Shown here in pieces: positions 1 through 9,379 of a stretch of DNA of 64,000 nt. This DNA is from a virus. The position numbers were made by a program, and so were the translations under genes. The notes below the pieces were generated by a model. The model searched no databases and was not told where the DNA came from. It was given only the letters and a program-made list of their open reading frames with translations. The stretch is taken from the IMG/VR virus record IMGVR_UViG_3300027708_000024; one strand, 5' to 3'. Position 1 is the first letter of the stretch; each line of letters begins with the position of its first letter.

Positions 1-199
1 TGAAGATAGGAGAGAAATAGTTGAGAGTTTGAAAGAAGTAGATGAAGTGTTTACATATGATGATCGAATTGATAATGTGCAATTGATAAAGTTAGTTAAG
101 ATATGTTACCCAAATTCAGAAATATTCTATATCTGTGAGACACCAGAAGAAGATGCAGAAATGAAGTTAAAGGGTATCAAACGGGCATACATCAAATAG
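1..199 (+). CDS. Partial ORF (5' truncated), cytidyltransferase-like C-terminal part
   Basis: Frame from nt 2 reads EDRREIVESLKEVDEVFTYDD...AYIK*; R.EI..SLK.VDEV resembles TagD/RfaE-type nucleotidyltransferases. Confidence 0.45.
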   Translation, partial: EDRREIVESLKEVDEVFTYDDRIDNVQLIKLVKICYPNSEIFYICETPEEDAEMKLKGIKRAYIK

Positions 200-209
200 G
201 AGGAAGAAA

Positions 210-389
210 GTGTCCAAGAAAGTAGGCAAATTTATAGAAGAAGATGATTATGATGATTATGAATATTCTCGTCAAAAGCAAAAAATGAAAAATGCAGAAA
301 TGAAATTGAGAAACAAAAAACAACATCGAGATGACCATTATGATGAGTATGATAGCAAGAGGCTTAAAAACTCACCAGATGCTTGGTAA
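210..389 (+). CDS. Small charged hypothetical protein (59 aa, GTG start)
   Basis: AGGAGG SD upstream; MSKKVGKFIEEDDYDDYEY...DAW*. Confidence 0.6.
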   Translation: MSKKVGKFIEEDDYDDYEYSRQKQKMKNAEMKLRNKKQHRDDHYDEYDSKRLKNSPDAW

Positions 390-394
390 ACAAA

Positions 395-446
395 TGTTGT
401 ATTAAAACAACTCATGATTGACAAGTGAGTGTGATCCTGTCATAAT
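395..446 (+). promoter_or_regulatory. Early sigma70-type promoter with upstream palindrome
   Basis: TGTTGT-ATTAAA-ACAACT 395-412; TTGACA 418-423; 17 bp; CATAAT 441-446. Confidence 0.75.
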
Positions 447-477
447 AGAAGTTCTGTAACAAACATTTGTTTCTATT

Positions 478-828
478 ATGATAATTTACACAAATACCAA
501 ATCTAAAGTTAAACCCAAACTCAAATCCAAAACGGAAAGAGATGAGTATGCTGCATGGTGCGCAAAATATGAAACGATTGACACAAAAAGTGCCAAACGC
601 AAAACGACATTTGCTCCCATGAAAAAATACAAATTAGAAATTCCTCGAGGAAGAGAAACTCCCAAATATCCAAGTCTTAATCCCGATAACATGGGAGCAG
701 CGGTAGCACCAAAGCGAAATGTTTATACTGGTGACAAGATGTTAGGTATAGGCACTTTACATAAATCCAATGCTGTGCCTGTGTTTTCTGCCGAAGAGGC
801 TCAAGATATTGCAAAGATGAGGCGATAA
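478..828 (+). CDS. Conserved T4-like phage hypothetical protein
   Basis: C-terminal YTG..MLGIGTLHKSNAVPVF...DIAKMRR motif typical of T4-like aquatic phages. Confidence 0.75.
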   Translation: MIIYTNTKSKVKPKLKSKTERDEYAAWCAKYETIDTKSAKRKTTFAPMKKYKLEIPRGRETPKYPSLNPDNMGAAVAPKRNVYTGDKMLGIGTLHKSNAVPVFSAEEAQDIAKMRR

Positions 829-1016
829 TGGAATTAAGCACAATGAGAAAAATAGTCTCAAAAAGAGAACTAGTTAATTATGGTGAATGCGATGAATTGA
901 GTATATTAAACTGGAAACCAGGAAGATATATTCCTGCTGCACAAACAGACATTACAAAAACCTTTGAAAAATATGGTTTTAAACCACCATCTAAAACTCA
1001 AAATAAATCAAAATGA
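828..1016 (+). CDS. Hypothetical protein
   Basis: ORF coupled to both neighbours (TAATG and ATGA overlaps). Confidence 0.6.
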   Translation: MELSTMRKIVSKRELVNYGECDELSILNWKPGRYIPAAQTDITKTFEKYGFKPPSKTQNKSK

Positions 1017-1660
1017 TATACAATGAAGATTGCCTAGACACATTAAAACGTGGTCTAGAATATGATTACATCATAACTTCACCTCCTGATTTGGATGAAA
1101 TTGGCTACACAACAACACCATCAGGCATCGAGGAATATTATCGATTCCTAGTTAGTCGAATTTCATTGTTTGCACCTAAGAATGGTGTTGTTACAATAAT
1201 CAACCGAGACCGAAAGGCAAACGGAACAGTTATTCGCAAACACAATATTTTCTGCAATGCAATGGAAAAAAGTGGTTGGGTGTTAAAGTCACAAAGAGTA
1301 TGGGTGAGGTCATACAAGGCAAACCTATATCGATACAACTATTCATTCATTCAAACATTCAAAAAGAATGCAAGTAGTTTTAAAGGTGAACAATCGATAC
1401 CTGATGCATTCTTTTATGAAATTGAACCGTTAGAGAATTATAAGGATAATTATCCACCCGAACTAATAAAACAATTTATTGAAGTATATTGTCCAAGTGA
1501 AGATGGTATTATATTTGACCCGTTTATGGGTTCAGGTTCTACCGCAATTGCAGCAATAAATTCAAAAAAGAAGTATGCCGGTGCAGAAATAGTAAAAGAA
1601 GTGTTTGAATTATCCCAAAGTAGGTTATCCACCATTAATGATGAAGGAAGTGAATTATGA
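1013..1660 (+). CDS. DNA N4/N6 methyltransferase-like protein (beta class), atypical motif IV
   Basis: IYNEDCL start, IITSPPD (motif IV normally SPPY), DPFMGSGSTA motif I near the C-terminus. Confidence 0.8.
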   Translation: MIYNEDCLDTLKRGLEYDYIITSPPDLDEIGYTTTPSGIEEYYRFLVSRISLFAPKNGVVTIINRDRKANGTVIRKHNIFCNAMEKSGWVLKSQRVWVRSYKANLYRYNYSFIQTFKKNASSFKGEQSIPDAFFYEIEPLENYKDNYPPELIKQFIEVYCPSEDGIIFDPFMGSGSTAIAAINSKKKYAGAEIVKEVFELSQSRLSTINDEGSEL

Positions 1661-1978
1661 TTGAATATACAGATGAACAACTAGATGAATTTGAAGAATT
1701 AGGAGAATTAATCGAATTGATGTCTCCAGAAGAACTCAAGGACTTTATATCGTCAGTTGAGATTTTAGGTAATGCAAAGAAAAAAGGCTGTCTCATAACT
1801 AATAGTGGAAACTATTATAACTAAGAATATATCATGAATACAAATAATACAAATAACCAAGATATCCACGAAAATTGTGGTACTGCATTATCCGAACTTG
1901 AGCGTGTTTTGTTTAGTTGGGTAGTTTTACGAAAATGGAAAGAAGAACAATCGGAATACCAAAAACTAAAAGAATACT

Positions 1979-2191
1979 ATGCTTAAATCATATACGGTAA
2001 CTTTACTTCCTGCGGATGATGGTTCGGAGGAATTGATACTACCAATACCAGATGAATTGATGGCAGAACTAGGATGGCAAACTGATGATGTTATTGATTT
2101 TGCAACAAAAGAGAATAATTCTATTTTGCTAACAAATCTTAGTAGAAAATCAGGTGTTGTGGAAATACAACACATTCCTGTTAAGGATTGA
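1979..2191 (+). CDS. AbrB/MazE/SpoVT-like DNA-binding protein
   Basis: LILPIPDELMAELGWQTDDVIDF pattern. Confidence 0.65.
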   Translation: MLKSYTVTLLPADDGSEELILPIPDELMAELGWQTDDVIDFATKENNSILLTNLSRKSGVVEIQHIPVKD

Positions 2192-2216
2192 CATATTGTT
2201 GGCTTTATGCGATAAT
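2155..2216 (+). promoter_or_regulatory. Early promoter with palindrome embedded in the upstream CDS
   Basis: TGTTGT-GGAAAT-ACAACA 2155-2172; TTGACA 2188-2193; 17 bp; GATAAT 2211-2216. Confidence 0.75.
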
Positions 2217-2246
2217 ATGTGTTCTTGATTAATTTTAGGCGAAATC

Positions 2247-4391
2247 ATGCTAATCGATTCAAAATCACAACTTGCCAAATTGATGGCGACCGAAAATATT
2301 TTCGTAGAACAAAAAAATGTTCCTACGGCATACTTTAACACAAAAACCCGTCAATTAGTTATTCCTGAATTAGATAAAAATATCTCGCCTGATCTTTATG
2401 ACCTTTTATTTGGTCATGAGGTCGGTCATGCACTATTCACACCAGAAGATGGATGGCATCATGCTATCGTTGGTGATATCAAAGTAAATAAAACAATTCT
2501 TAATGTGTGTGAAGATGCCCGCATTGAGAAATTAATCAAGCGCAAATATCCTGGTTTGAAACACGGTTTCTTTAAAGGTTACAAAGAATTAATCGATAAA
2601 GATTTTTTCCGTACCCGCGGTGTAGATATGAATTCGATGAACCTTGTTGACCGTATTAATATGTACTTCAAACAAGGTACAGTATCAAATATCAAGTTTG
2701 AAAAAGATGAAATTGGTTTTGTTGATGAATTGACCAATGCTGAAACTTTTGAACAAATTGTTGATATTGCAAAACGTATTCAGGCCAAAATGAAACAGCA
2801 GGCCGAAGAAAAGCAAAAACAAAAAGACCAAGATTCTGATGAGGATAATGAATATGAGGATTCTGATGATAAGGAATTCGATGATTCTTTACCAAAAGAA
2901 TTTCAAGATTCTGATGAGGATAATGAATTCGATAATTCCGTTGACCAGTTTGATGATGAATTTGGTGATGAATCATCAGATGGATCTATTGAAGAAAAAA
3001 CTCCAGAACAGAAAATTGAAGAATCTTTAAAATCTTTCACTGATGAAGCATTCCGTGAAAAAGAGAAAGAACTTTTTGCTAACAATGATGTTGAAAACGT
3101 GTATGCCAATATTCCTGTTGTTGGTGAAGAATTTATTGTTGACTACCGTTATCTATTGAATCGTATCTTTGGTGATGCTGGTGCACCAAGTGAACAAGGT
3201 ATTGAAATGTTCCAACATTACCGCAAAGACTCAAATAAGGTTGTTGGTTATCTTGCAAAAGAATTTGAATTGAAGAAAAATGCCGATCAGTTGAAACGTG
3301 CATCAGTTGCCAAAACTGGCGAATTGAACATGAACCGCATTTATCAATATCAATTCTCGGAAGACTTGTTTAAGAAAATTTCTGTCGTGCCTAATGGTAA
3401 ATCACACGGCCTAATCATGTACCTCGATTGGTCTGGCAGTATGACTGACCATTTGACAAGTACAATCAAGCAATTGATTAGTATTGCATTATTCTGCCGC
3501 AAAGTGAATATTCCATTTGAAGTGTATGCATTTAGTTCTGATTATTGGGATGTAGATAATAGAAAATGGAATCATGGATTAGATGCATTCAAAGAACGAT
3601 CAAAACCTGGTGATCTGCATATCAAAGCAGGATCATTCAGTCTATTGAATTTGTTTTCTAATCGTATGAATAATGCCGAGTTTAGTCGCATGGCACAATA
3701 CCTACTAGCATGGCGTTACTTGCCTAGTTACATGGGATTATCCTCTACACCATTGAATGAGGCAATTGTATCTGCATTTACACTTATTCCTAAATTCAAA
3801 GAAAAGAATAAATTGCAGATTGTCAATGCTGTATTCTTGACAGATGGTGAAGGTCATAACCTAAATGAAATTGTTGAAGTTGATGAGAATGGAAGAAAAT
3901 CTACACAAAGTGTTAGTGATAGACGTTTCGGTAAAAAGTCTCGATTAGTATTCCGTGATCCAAAGACTGGTGCTCAACTTGCCCATGATAATAGTAGCAG
4001 AACAAATTGGTCAGTAACGCCTAGTTTGTTGAGTTTGCTAAAACAACGTACTGGTGCAAATCTGATTGGTTTCTATTTGTTGTCATCAAAAGAATTTGCG
4101 AGTGCATGGTCAAGAGTACCAAACAGTGAAGTAATGAATCGTGATGAATTGCGTTCCAAATTCACAAAAGAAAAATCAATTGTTGTTACCTCTGCTGGTT
4201 TTGATGAATACTATTGGTTGCGTACAAAACGTGTATCTTGGCGTGACCAACTAGAAAATCTTGATGAGGATGAAGAATTCGAAGTAAAATCGAATACAAC
4301 CCGTGGACTTGTTACTGCATTTAAGAATTACAATAAAGGTCGTTTGCAAAGTCGTGCCGTGTTAAATAGATTCGTCAATCTAATTACATAA
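2247..4391 (+). CDS. HExxH metallopeptidase-like / vWA-domain protein (CobT-like partner of MoxR ATPase)
   Basis: GHEVGHALFT, NVCEDARIE, acidic linker, MIDAS LDWSGS, FLTDGEG. Confidence 0.85.
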   Translation: MLIDSKSQLAKLMATENIFVEQKNVPTAYFNTKTRQLVIPELDKNISPDLYDLLFGHEVGHALFTPEDGWHHAIVGDIKVNKTILNVCEDARIEKLIKRKYPGLKHGFFKGYKELIDKDFFRTRGVDMNSMNLVDRINMYFKQGTVSNIKFEKDEIGFVDELTNAETFEQIVDIAKRIQAKMKQQAEEKQKQKDQDSDEDNEYEDSDDKEFDDSLPKEFQDSDEDNEFDNSVDQFDDEFGDESSDGSIEEKTPEQKIEESLKSFTDEAFREKEKELFANNDVENVYANIPVVGEEFIVDYRYLLNRIFGDAGAPSEQGIEMFQHYRKDSNKVVGYLAKEFELKKNADQLKRASVAKTGELNMNRIYQYQFSEDLFKKISVVPNGKSHGLIMYLDWSGSMTDHLTSTIKQLISIALFCRKVNIPFEVYAFSSDYWDVDNRKWNHGLDAFKERSKPGDLHIKAGSFSLLNLFSNRMNNAEFSRMAQYLLAWRYLPSYMGLSSTPLNEAIVSAFTLIPKFKEKNKLQIVNAVFLTDGEGHNLNEIVEVDENGRKSTQSVSDRRFGKKSRLVFRDPKTGAQLAHDNSSRTNWSVTPSLLSLLKQRTGANLIGFYLLSSKEFASAWSRVPNSEVMNRDELRSKFTKEKSIVVTSAGFDEYYWLRTKRVSWRDQLENLDEDEEFEVKSNTTRGLVTAFKNYNKGRLQSRAVLNRFVNLIT

Positions 4392-4403
4392 AGGAGCAAA
4401 CGT

Positions 4404-4631
4404 ATGGCTACAGAAATTCTAAAAGAAATGTCAAAATTCTACGGTGAAAGTAAAGTTGCCACTGTATATAAAATAACACTTGGTAATGTAATGCCTTACA
4501 AAGTGGTGGTTAATAATAATTTTGGTACTATTCTTGCTACGGCATTATTTGCTACTGAAGGTGAGGCAGACCAATTTGCGGAAGATTTTGTTCTCTCAAC
4601 TAGTGGAACAAGTCAACTATTAAGAGAATAA
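4404..4631 (+). CDS. Hypothetical protein
   Basis: AAGGAG SD; ends F.TEGEADQFAEDFVL. Confidence 0.65.
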   Translation: MATEILKEMSKFYGESKVATVYKITLGNVMPYKVVVNNNFGTILATALFATEGEADQFAEDFVLSTSGTSQLLRE

Positions 4632-4804
4632 AATGCGTGAACTTGTGATTATGGCAGTTTTTTTTATTGGATGGTGTTTACTCTCAAATGATGACTATTT
4701 GGTGAAAGTTTCTGATGAGAAAAAATATTGTAAAGAAGTGAACACCAATACTTTTTTTATAGGTGGAGATACTGGATCATGTAATACTACTCTAAAGGAG
4801 TTCC

Positions 4805-5113
4805 ATGAGTAGGAAAAAGACTCCAGTACCAGATAAACCGGTAAATATTGAGGACTTTACCGAAGATGTTGTATTGGAACAACAAACACCAGAAGTACCA
4901 AAAGAAAAACCGAAAAAAGTTGACAACAATGCCTATTTTCTGTTAGAATCTAAGTATGGTGAAAAAACAATATACATGACATCCCGTGGTTATAGATTGA
5001 AGTCTTGGTTAGACTTTTTAAAATCTCTAAACGTAGAACATGTATATCGTGAAGTTACCGAATCTGAATATCTTGAGCATCATTGGACACATCCTAAATG
5101 GAATATAAAATGA
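4805..5113 (+). CDS. Hypothetical protein
   Basis: AAGGAG SD, ORF track. Confidence 0.6.
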   Translation: MSRKKTPVPDKPVNIEDFTEDVVLEQQTPEVPKEKPKKVDNNAYFLLESKYGEKTIYMTSRGYRLKSWLDFLKSLNVEHVYREVTESEYLEHHWTHPKWNIK

Positions 5114-5685
5114 AAAAGCATATTGTAATGGCAAGTCTTGTTTTACTCGCATCCACATCGGCACACTCTGCTGGTGTAGGACTCTTGTCAATGATACTTG
5201 GTGATAAAAATGTTCAAGTTCAATACGCATCCAATTCTGGTGTATACTCACCATTGCCGCAACAAATATTCTTCCCAGATGGTCGAGATACAGTCTATGA
5301 GGAATACTATCGAATGGATGATGGTCGAGTGGTAAAAAAAGTATTACAACCACGTGGGTGTCAAGTTGCCTATACTGGCAATATGGTATGCTTACCACCA
5401 GTAGAACATATCTACTATGTCAAAGATATACCGCAGATGCCTGTAGCACCCGGACAACCTGTTACAGTGTATCCTACAGAGATTGTTCCTGTTGCTGTAC
5501 AAGCACCCCCACCGCCACCAAAGTCAACCAGAAACAAACATGTTGATCCGGAAGAGATTCCTGGTAAACGCAGAGAAGAAATTGATGGTATACCAATTCA
5601 GTATGGTAACGAACGAGTTGGTGATTCACCATGTGTAGGATCCGCAAAAGACTGTGCAAGGCGCATAGACGGTATTGTTAATTAG
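5110..5685 (+). CDS. Secreted proline-rich hypothetical protein
   Basis: Signal peptide MKKHIVMASLVLLASTSAHS; ATGA overlap with the previous ORF. Confidence 0.6.
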   Translation: MKKHIVMASLVLLASTSAHSAGVGLLSMILGDKNVQVQYASNSGVYSPLPQQIFFPDGRDTVYEEYYRMDDGRVVKKVLQPRGCQVAYTGNMVCLPPVEHIYYVKDIPQMPVAPGQPVTVYPTEIVPVAVQAPPPPPKSTRNKHVDPEEIPGKRREEIDGIPIQYGNERVGDSPCVGSAKDCARRIDGIVN

Positions 5686-5693
5686 GAATTGCA

Positions 5694-5897
5694 ATGAAAA
5701 AAGAATTTAAAGTCGAAACCTATGGTGCACCAGATGCATTGATTGTCAATCTCAGTCGAAAGCAGATTGAACATATGGCAGAGGTGATTGCTAACTTTAA
5801 AGAAATCGATAACTTTCAGTTGCGAGTTAGTAACAGTAATGGTATTGGTCAAAGTATACATTTTACCTTTGATATGGATCTAACGGTGATATCATGA
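5694..5897 (+). CDS. Hypothetical protein
   Basis: AGGA SD, ORF track. Confidence 0.6.
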   Translation: MKKEFKVETYGAPDALIVNLSRKQIEHMAEVIANFKEIDNFQLRVSNSNGIGQSIHFTFDMDLTVIS

Positions 5898-6283
5898 ACC
5901 CAGAACTAGACAAGAAGATTTGCAGCGATTTTCCAAAGATGTTAATTAACCGCAACGCCTCTATAACGGAGAGTTGCATGTATTGGGGTTTTGACTGTGG
6001 TGACGGATGGTATGATTTAATCTATACACTCTGCGACACCATCCAACGATATATCGATCAAAACCCTCACAAAGAGATTCCTCAGGTGGTTGTTGACCAA
6101 GTCAAAGAAAAATTCGGCACTCTACGGTTTTACACTAGTGGTGGTGACAAAATGACTGACGGAATGATTTGGTTTGCAGAGAGTATGTCAGGTAAACTCT
6201 GTGAGACTTGTGGTGCACCAGGAGAAGTGCAACGTAATGGTTGGCACTATACAGCATGTGAAAAACATATTAAGGAATATTGA
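5894..6283 (+). CDS. Conserved phage hypothetical protein with C-terminal Zn ribbon
   Basis: FDCGDGWYDLI...QVKEKFGTLRFY...CETCG...C..H. Confidence 0.75.
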   Translation: MNPELDKKICSDFPKMLINRNASITESCMYWGFDCGDGWYDLIYTLCDTIQRYIDQNPHKEIPQVVVDQVKEKFGTLRFYTSGGDKMTDGMIWFAESMSGKLCETCGAPGEVQRNGWHYTACEKHIKEY

Positions 6284-6285
6284 TA

Positions 6286-6417
6286 ATGGGTGTATATAAA
6301 CGATTAGTCGAAACAATCATTGAGAGTTACAAAGAAGGTGAGAGCATATATGAGATTGCACTGGCACTCCGTATCTCACCAGAAGAAGTTCAGCAGATAA
6401 TCAGGGAGTTTGCATAA
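6286..6417 (+). CDS. Mini helix-turn-helix protein (43 aa)
   Basis: MGVYKRLVETIIESYKEGESIYEIALALRISPEEVQQIIREFA*; below the track size cutoff. Confidence 0.6.
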   Translation: MGVYKRLVETIIESYKEGESIYEIALALRISPEEVQQIIREFA

Positions 6418-6788
6418 TGGCAATGATGATGACAGATACAACGTATACGTTAGACCCAACGTATTATCACCTGATTGATCCGAGTAAACCACCAACGACT
6501 GACAATATACTGTCAACCGTTCAAGGTGAGATGGTCTATACGGAAATAACCATGTCTGAGTTTATGTCAGATAAAATCAAAGGTGATATGACAGATGATG
6601 AATTCAAAGAGTCTATCAAAAAAGAATTATGCCATCAACTAGTTCAAGAACTGTACGAATCAAAAATGGTGGAATTCACACAAGAGCAAATAATTCGTAA
6701 CAATGAGTTTGTGTTTCGTGCGAGAATCTTTGCAACACCCGACAATAAGGTTCAACTGATACGACAGGTTCATCAGAGTATCAAATGA
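6417..6788 (+). CDS. Hypothetical protein
   Basis: ORF track, coupled to neighbours. Confidence 0.6.
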   Translation: MAMMMTDTTYTLDPTYYHLIDPSKPPTTDNILSTVQGEMVYTEITMSEFMSDKIKGDMTDDEFKESIKKELCHQLVQELYESKMVEFTQEQIIRNNEFVFRARIFATPDNKVQLIRQVHQSIK

Positions 6789-6958
6789 ACACCAAGTTAA
6801 TCCGTCGAATGATTGATCTGAACTATACTAATGACGAAATTATTGGTAGACTACGTTGTACGGAAGATGCTATTGAATCTATCAGAGAATTGATACGATT
6901 GGAACAAATAAAGAAACCGATTATTGAAGAAGAAGAATGGGATTGGGACAATGAATAA
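6785..6958 (+). CDS. Small HTH-like hypothetical protein (57 aa)
   Basis: MNTKLIRRMIDLNYTNDEIIGRLRCTEDAIESIRE...*. Confidence 0.5.
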   Translation: MNTKLIRRMIDLNYTNDEIIGRLRCTEDAIESIRELIRLEQIKKPIIEEEEWDWDNE

Positions 6959-7117
6959 TGATTATAATGTTGTATTTCGCTCTCTTCCTGAACCAAATTT
7001 AAAAATAAGTTTTGGTGAGAATTCTAATACACACATACAATTCTATTCTAAGAAGAAACCAAACAAGTTTCAACGATGGATGATGAAAAAACTACTCGGT
7101 ATAGTAATGGAGGTTAT

Positions 7118-7324
7118 ATGAACGAACGAATCCAAGAACTTGCCGAACAGGCTACAACGTTGAAGTTTGATGGGACTGGCACAGATACTGGTAAGCCCGT
7201 CTTTGATAAAGAAAAATTTGCTGAGTTGATTATAAAAGAATGTGCTAAAGTTGCACATGAATGCATAGATGATGAATGGTTTGATGTTGGTGGTGCTATC
7301 AAAGAACACTTCGGAGTCAAATAA
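7118..7324 (+). CDS. MNERI...KFAELI..EC...HFGV family protein, copy 1
   Basis: GGAGG SD; paralogous to 12514, 12861 and 14218. Confidence 0.75.
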   Translation: MNERIQELAEQATTLKFDGTGTDTGKPVFDKEKFAELIIKECAKVAHECIDDEWFDVGGAIKEHFGVK

Positions 7325-7415
7325 CTGATATTATGAAATAAAATAAAACACACATGTGCATTTGCAACATTTTCTTTCTATATAACTGTGTATAGTTAAA
7401 AAGAAAGGTAATAAT

Positions 7416-7562
7416 ATGTTTAAGAAAATCATAGAGTGGTTTGCTAATAAACAAATGAACGAAATTGATCGATATATCTCCTCACGTAACCCCACCTGTA
7501 CTGCTGACATTGACAGAATCATCAATGAATTCAATTATAAGAGAAGTCTGCATTGGTTTTAG
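7416..7562 (+). CDS. Small hypothetical protein (48 aa)
   Basis: AAAGG SD; MFKKIIEWF...EIDRYISSRNPTCTADIDRII...HWF*. Confidence 0.55.
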   Translation: MFKKIIEWFANKQMNEIDRYISSRNPTCTADIDRIINEFNYKRSLHWF

Positions 7563-7570
7563 TATAAATT

Positions 7571-7623
7571 CGGAATTCCAAGGGTAACGCTCCAGAAAAA
7601 AATTTGGATTCCTTGGGATTCCG
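7571..7623 (+). other. Long RNA hairpin in a GC-rich intergenic region
   Basis: CGGAATTCCAAGG 7571-7583 pairs with CCTTGGGATTCCG 7611-7623 (one G-U); inner TCCAGA/TTTGGA stem. Confidence 0.6.
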
Positions 7624-7713
7624 CTTTGGGGTTTTCAGTTACTATCCCCTGGGTCTGATCCTACTTGCACTTTTACTAATATACCCTCAAAAACACCCCC
7701 CGCTATCCCTTTC

Positions 7714-7837
7714 CGTTGTCTTTTTGACAACAAAACCCTATTCCCCCTGGATATTTCCCAAAAATCTCCCTTTTTCCGTTGTTTTTACGCAACAAAACCG
7801 GATTAACCCTTGCATTTTCTGCCGATCCGAGTATAAT
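7714..7837 (+). promoter_or_regulatory. Early promoter with two palindromes
   Basis: CGTTGT-N7-ACAACA 7714-7732; CGTTGT-TTTTAC-GCAACA 7777-7794; TTGCAT 7810-7815; 16 bp; TATAAT 7832-7837. Confidence 0.7.
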
Positions 7838-7869
7838 AGAATCATTGAGAAACGCAAAGAAATACTAAA

Positions 7870-7965
7870 ATGTACACAAAAACAGAAAATATCCTTTTTG
7901 CAATAGTTGCAATCGCTGCAATTGTTGTTATGTTACTTGACCTACTTGTATGGAGAACCATCTAA
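7870..7965 (+). CDS. Small single-TM membrane peptide (31 aa)
   Basis: MYTKTENILFAIVAIAAIVVMLLDLLVWRTI*; first ORF after the promoter. Confidence 0.6.
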   Translation: MYTKTENILFAIVAIAAIVVMLLDLLVWRTI

Positions 7966-8261
7966 TGACTAAGATCCAATTCCTCAAGGCAGATATCGCT
8001 GCCGCTGTTGCAAACCTCAAGACCTTGAAGGTCCAACTCGCTGCTGCTAAGGCTGACGACAAGGAATTCCGTGCTACGCAAAAGGCCACTAAGGCTATGC
8101 AAAAAGCACTGAAAGTCCAAGACCGTGATGCCAAACGCCTCGCTCGTATCGCTAAACTTGAGGCGAAACTTGCCGAAATGAAAGCACCAAAAGTTGGCAT
8201 CAAAGCAAAAAAAGCAGCAAAACGTCCTTCTAAGGCTGTCGTTACTACTGTAAAGGCTTAA
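7965..8261 (+). CDS. Lys/Ala-rich basic coiled-coil protein
   Basis: GGAG SD, TAATG coupling, KAKKAAKRPSK tail. Confidence 0.7.
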   Translation: MTKIQFLKADIAAAVANLKTLKVQLAAAKADDKEFRATQKATKAMQKALKVQDRDAKRLARIAKLEAKLAEMKAPKVGIKAKKAAKRPSKAVVTTVKA

Positions 8262-8263
8262 TT

Positions 8264-8431
8264 ATGTTCAATAATAAAGTTTTACCCGCATATGGGTTAG
8301 GGTATTATGATGGTAGAGTGATCGGTGTTTTTAATCGTCCCGAAAATTATAATGACCAAGAAAAGGTTTTGTATAATCAAGGCTACGATAAAGGTTGTGC
8401 CGATTTTTGTGATTTAGATTCTGAGGCTTAA
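8264..8431 (+). CDS. Small hypothetical protein (55 aa)
   Basis: MFNNKVLPAYGLGYYDGR...YNQGYDKG...SEA*. Confidence 0.6.
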   Translation: MFNNKVLPAYGLGYYDGRVIGVFNRPENYNDQEKVLYNQGYDKGCADFCDLDSEA

Positions 8432-8432
8432 T

Positions 8433-9182
8433 ATGAAATTACTCTCCACAGGGAACCCCAAAGTCCTCAAAGGTATGAAACAAGGTTTCAACACCTATAT
8501 CCTACACCTTGCTCCTGCTAACGTGAGTGGGTACGAAACCTGCGCTATGCGTACTGAAGGCTGCACTATTGCCTGTCTCAATATGGCAGGTCGTGGAGGT
8601 ATGATGAAACGTGGTGAAACCACCAATGTCATACAAGAGGCACGTAAACGCAAAACCCGTTTATTCTTTGAGAACCGTGCTGCCTTTATGGAAATGATGG
8701 TAAAGGATATCGAATTGGGTCTTAAACAATCCATCCGTTTAAACCTGATTCCTGTTTATCGCCCAAATGGCACTAGTGATATCGCATGGGAAAAGTATGA
8801 GTGCATCCGTAATGGTGTGACATACCCTAACATATTCTTTGCATTCCCTGAGGTTCAATTTTATGACTATACCAAAATCCTTGGTCGTAAAGTAAAGCAT
8901 ATCCCTAATTACCACCTGACTTTTTCTGCCGCAGATGGTAATGACGCTGACGTCCTCAAGGCTATCGAGCAAGGTTACAATGTGGCAGTAGTGTTTGGCA
9001 TCAAAAAGACTCAACCCATGCCTGAATATTATCTGGGCCGTCCTGTTTTCAATGGTGACGAATCCGACTTGCGATTCCTCGACCCGAAAGGTGTTGTCGT
9101 AGGCTTGTATGCAAAAGGCAAAGCAAAAAAAGATACCACTGGCTTTGTCAAGTACCCAACTATTATGTTAAAGGCTGCTTAA
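8433..9182 (+). CDS. GP88 family protein (mycobacteriophage L5 gp88-like)
   Basis: LHLAPA, C-x6-C-x3-C-LNMAGRG, RPNGTSDI, FYDYTK, NYHLTFS, GDESDLRFLD, GLYAKGKAKKD. Confidence 0.85.
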   Translation: MKLLSTGNPKVLKGMKQGFNTYILHLAPANVSGYETCAMRTEGCTIACLNMAGRGGMMKRGETTNVIQEARKRKTRLFFENRAAFMEMMVKDIELGLKQSIRLNLIPVYRPNGTSDIAWEKYECIRNGVTYPNIFFAFPEVQFYDYTKILGRKVKHIPNYHLTFSAADGNDADVLKAIEQGYNVAVVFGIKKTQPMPEYYLGRPVFNGDESDLRFLDPKGVVVGLYAKGKAKKDTTGFVKYPTIMLKAA

Positions 9183-9183
9183 T

Positions 9184-9378
9184 ATGTCAATTCAATTAAT
9201 TACTGATGGCATCAATGGTCGTGATGAGCGAGTGGTGCTATGGCGAACAGGTGAGTATACCTATGAAATTGAGATAGGTACAGGAATTCACAAAAAGTCC
9301 ATCAAATTTTATGATGAGGAATACAATGGGGCATTAGAGGAATTTAATGCCGTGCTTAATAATTATTCGGAGATTTAA
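9184..9378 (+). CDS. Hypothetical protein
   Basis: ORF track. Confidence 0.55.
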   Translation: MSIQLITDGINGRDERVVLWRTGEYTYEIEIGTGIHKKSIKFYDEEYNGALEEFNAVLNNYSEI

Positions 9379-9379
9379 T

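Noticed and set aside
2829-2928. 25-bp direct repeat in the vWA gene
   Set aside because: Low-complexity acidic linker expansion (QDSDEDNE x2); ordinary.
7604-7906. 100-aa track ORF
   Set aside because: TTG start with no SD; it spans hairpins, palindromes and a promoter.
8250-8435. Ala-ending C-termini of the 7965 and 8264 ORFs as degrons
   Set aside because: Explained by AGGCTTAAT doubling as the next gene's SD/spacer.
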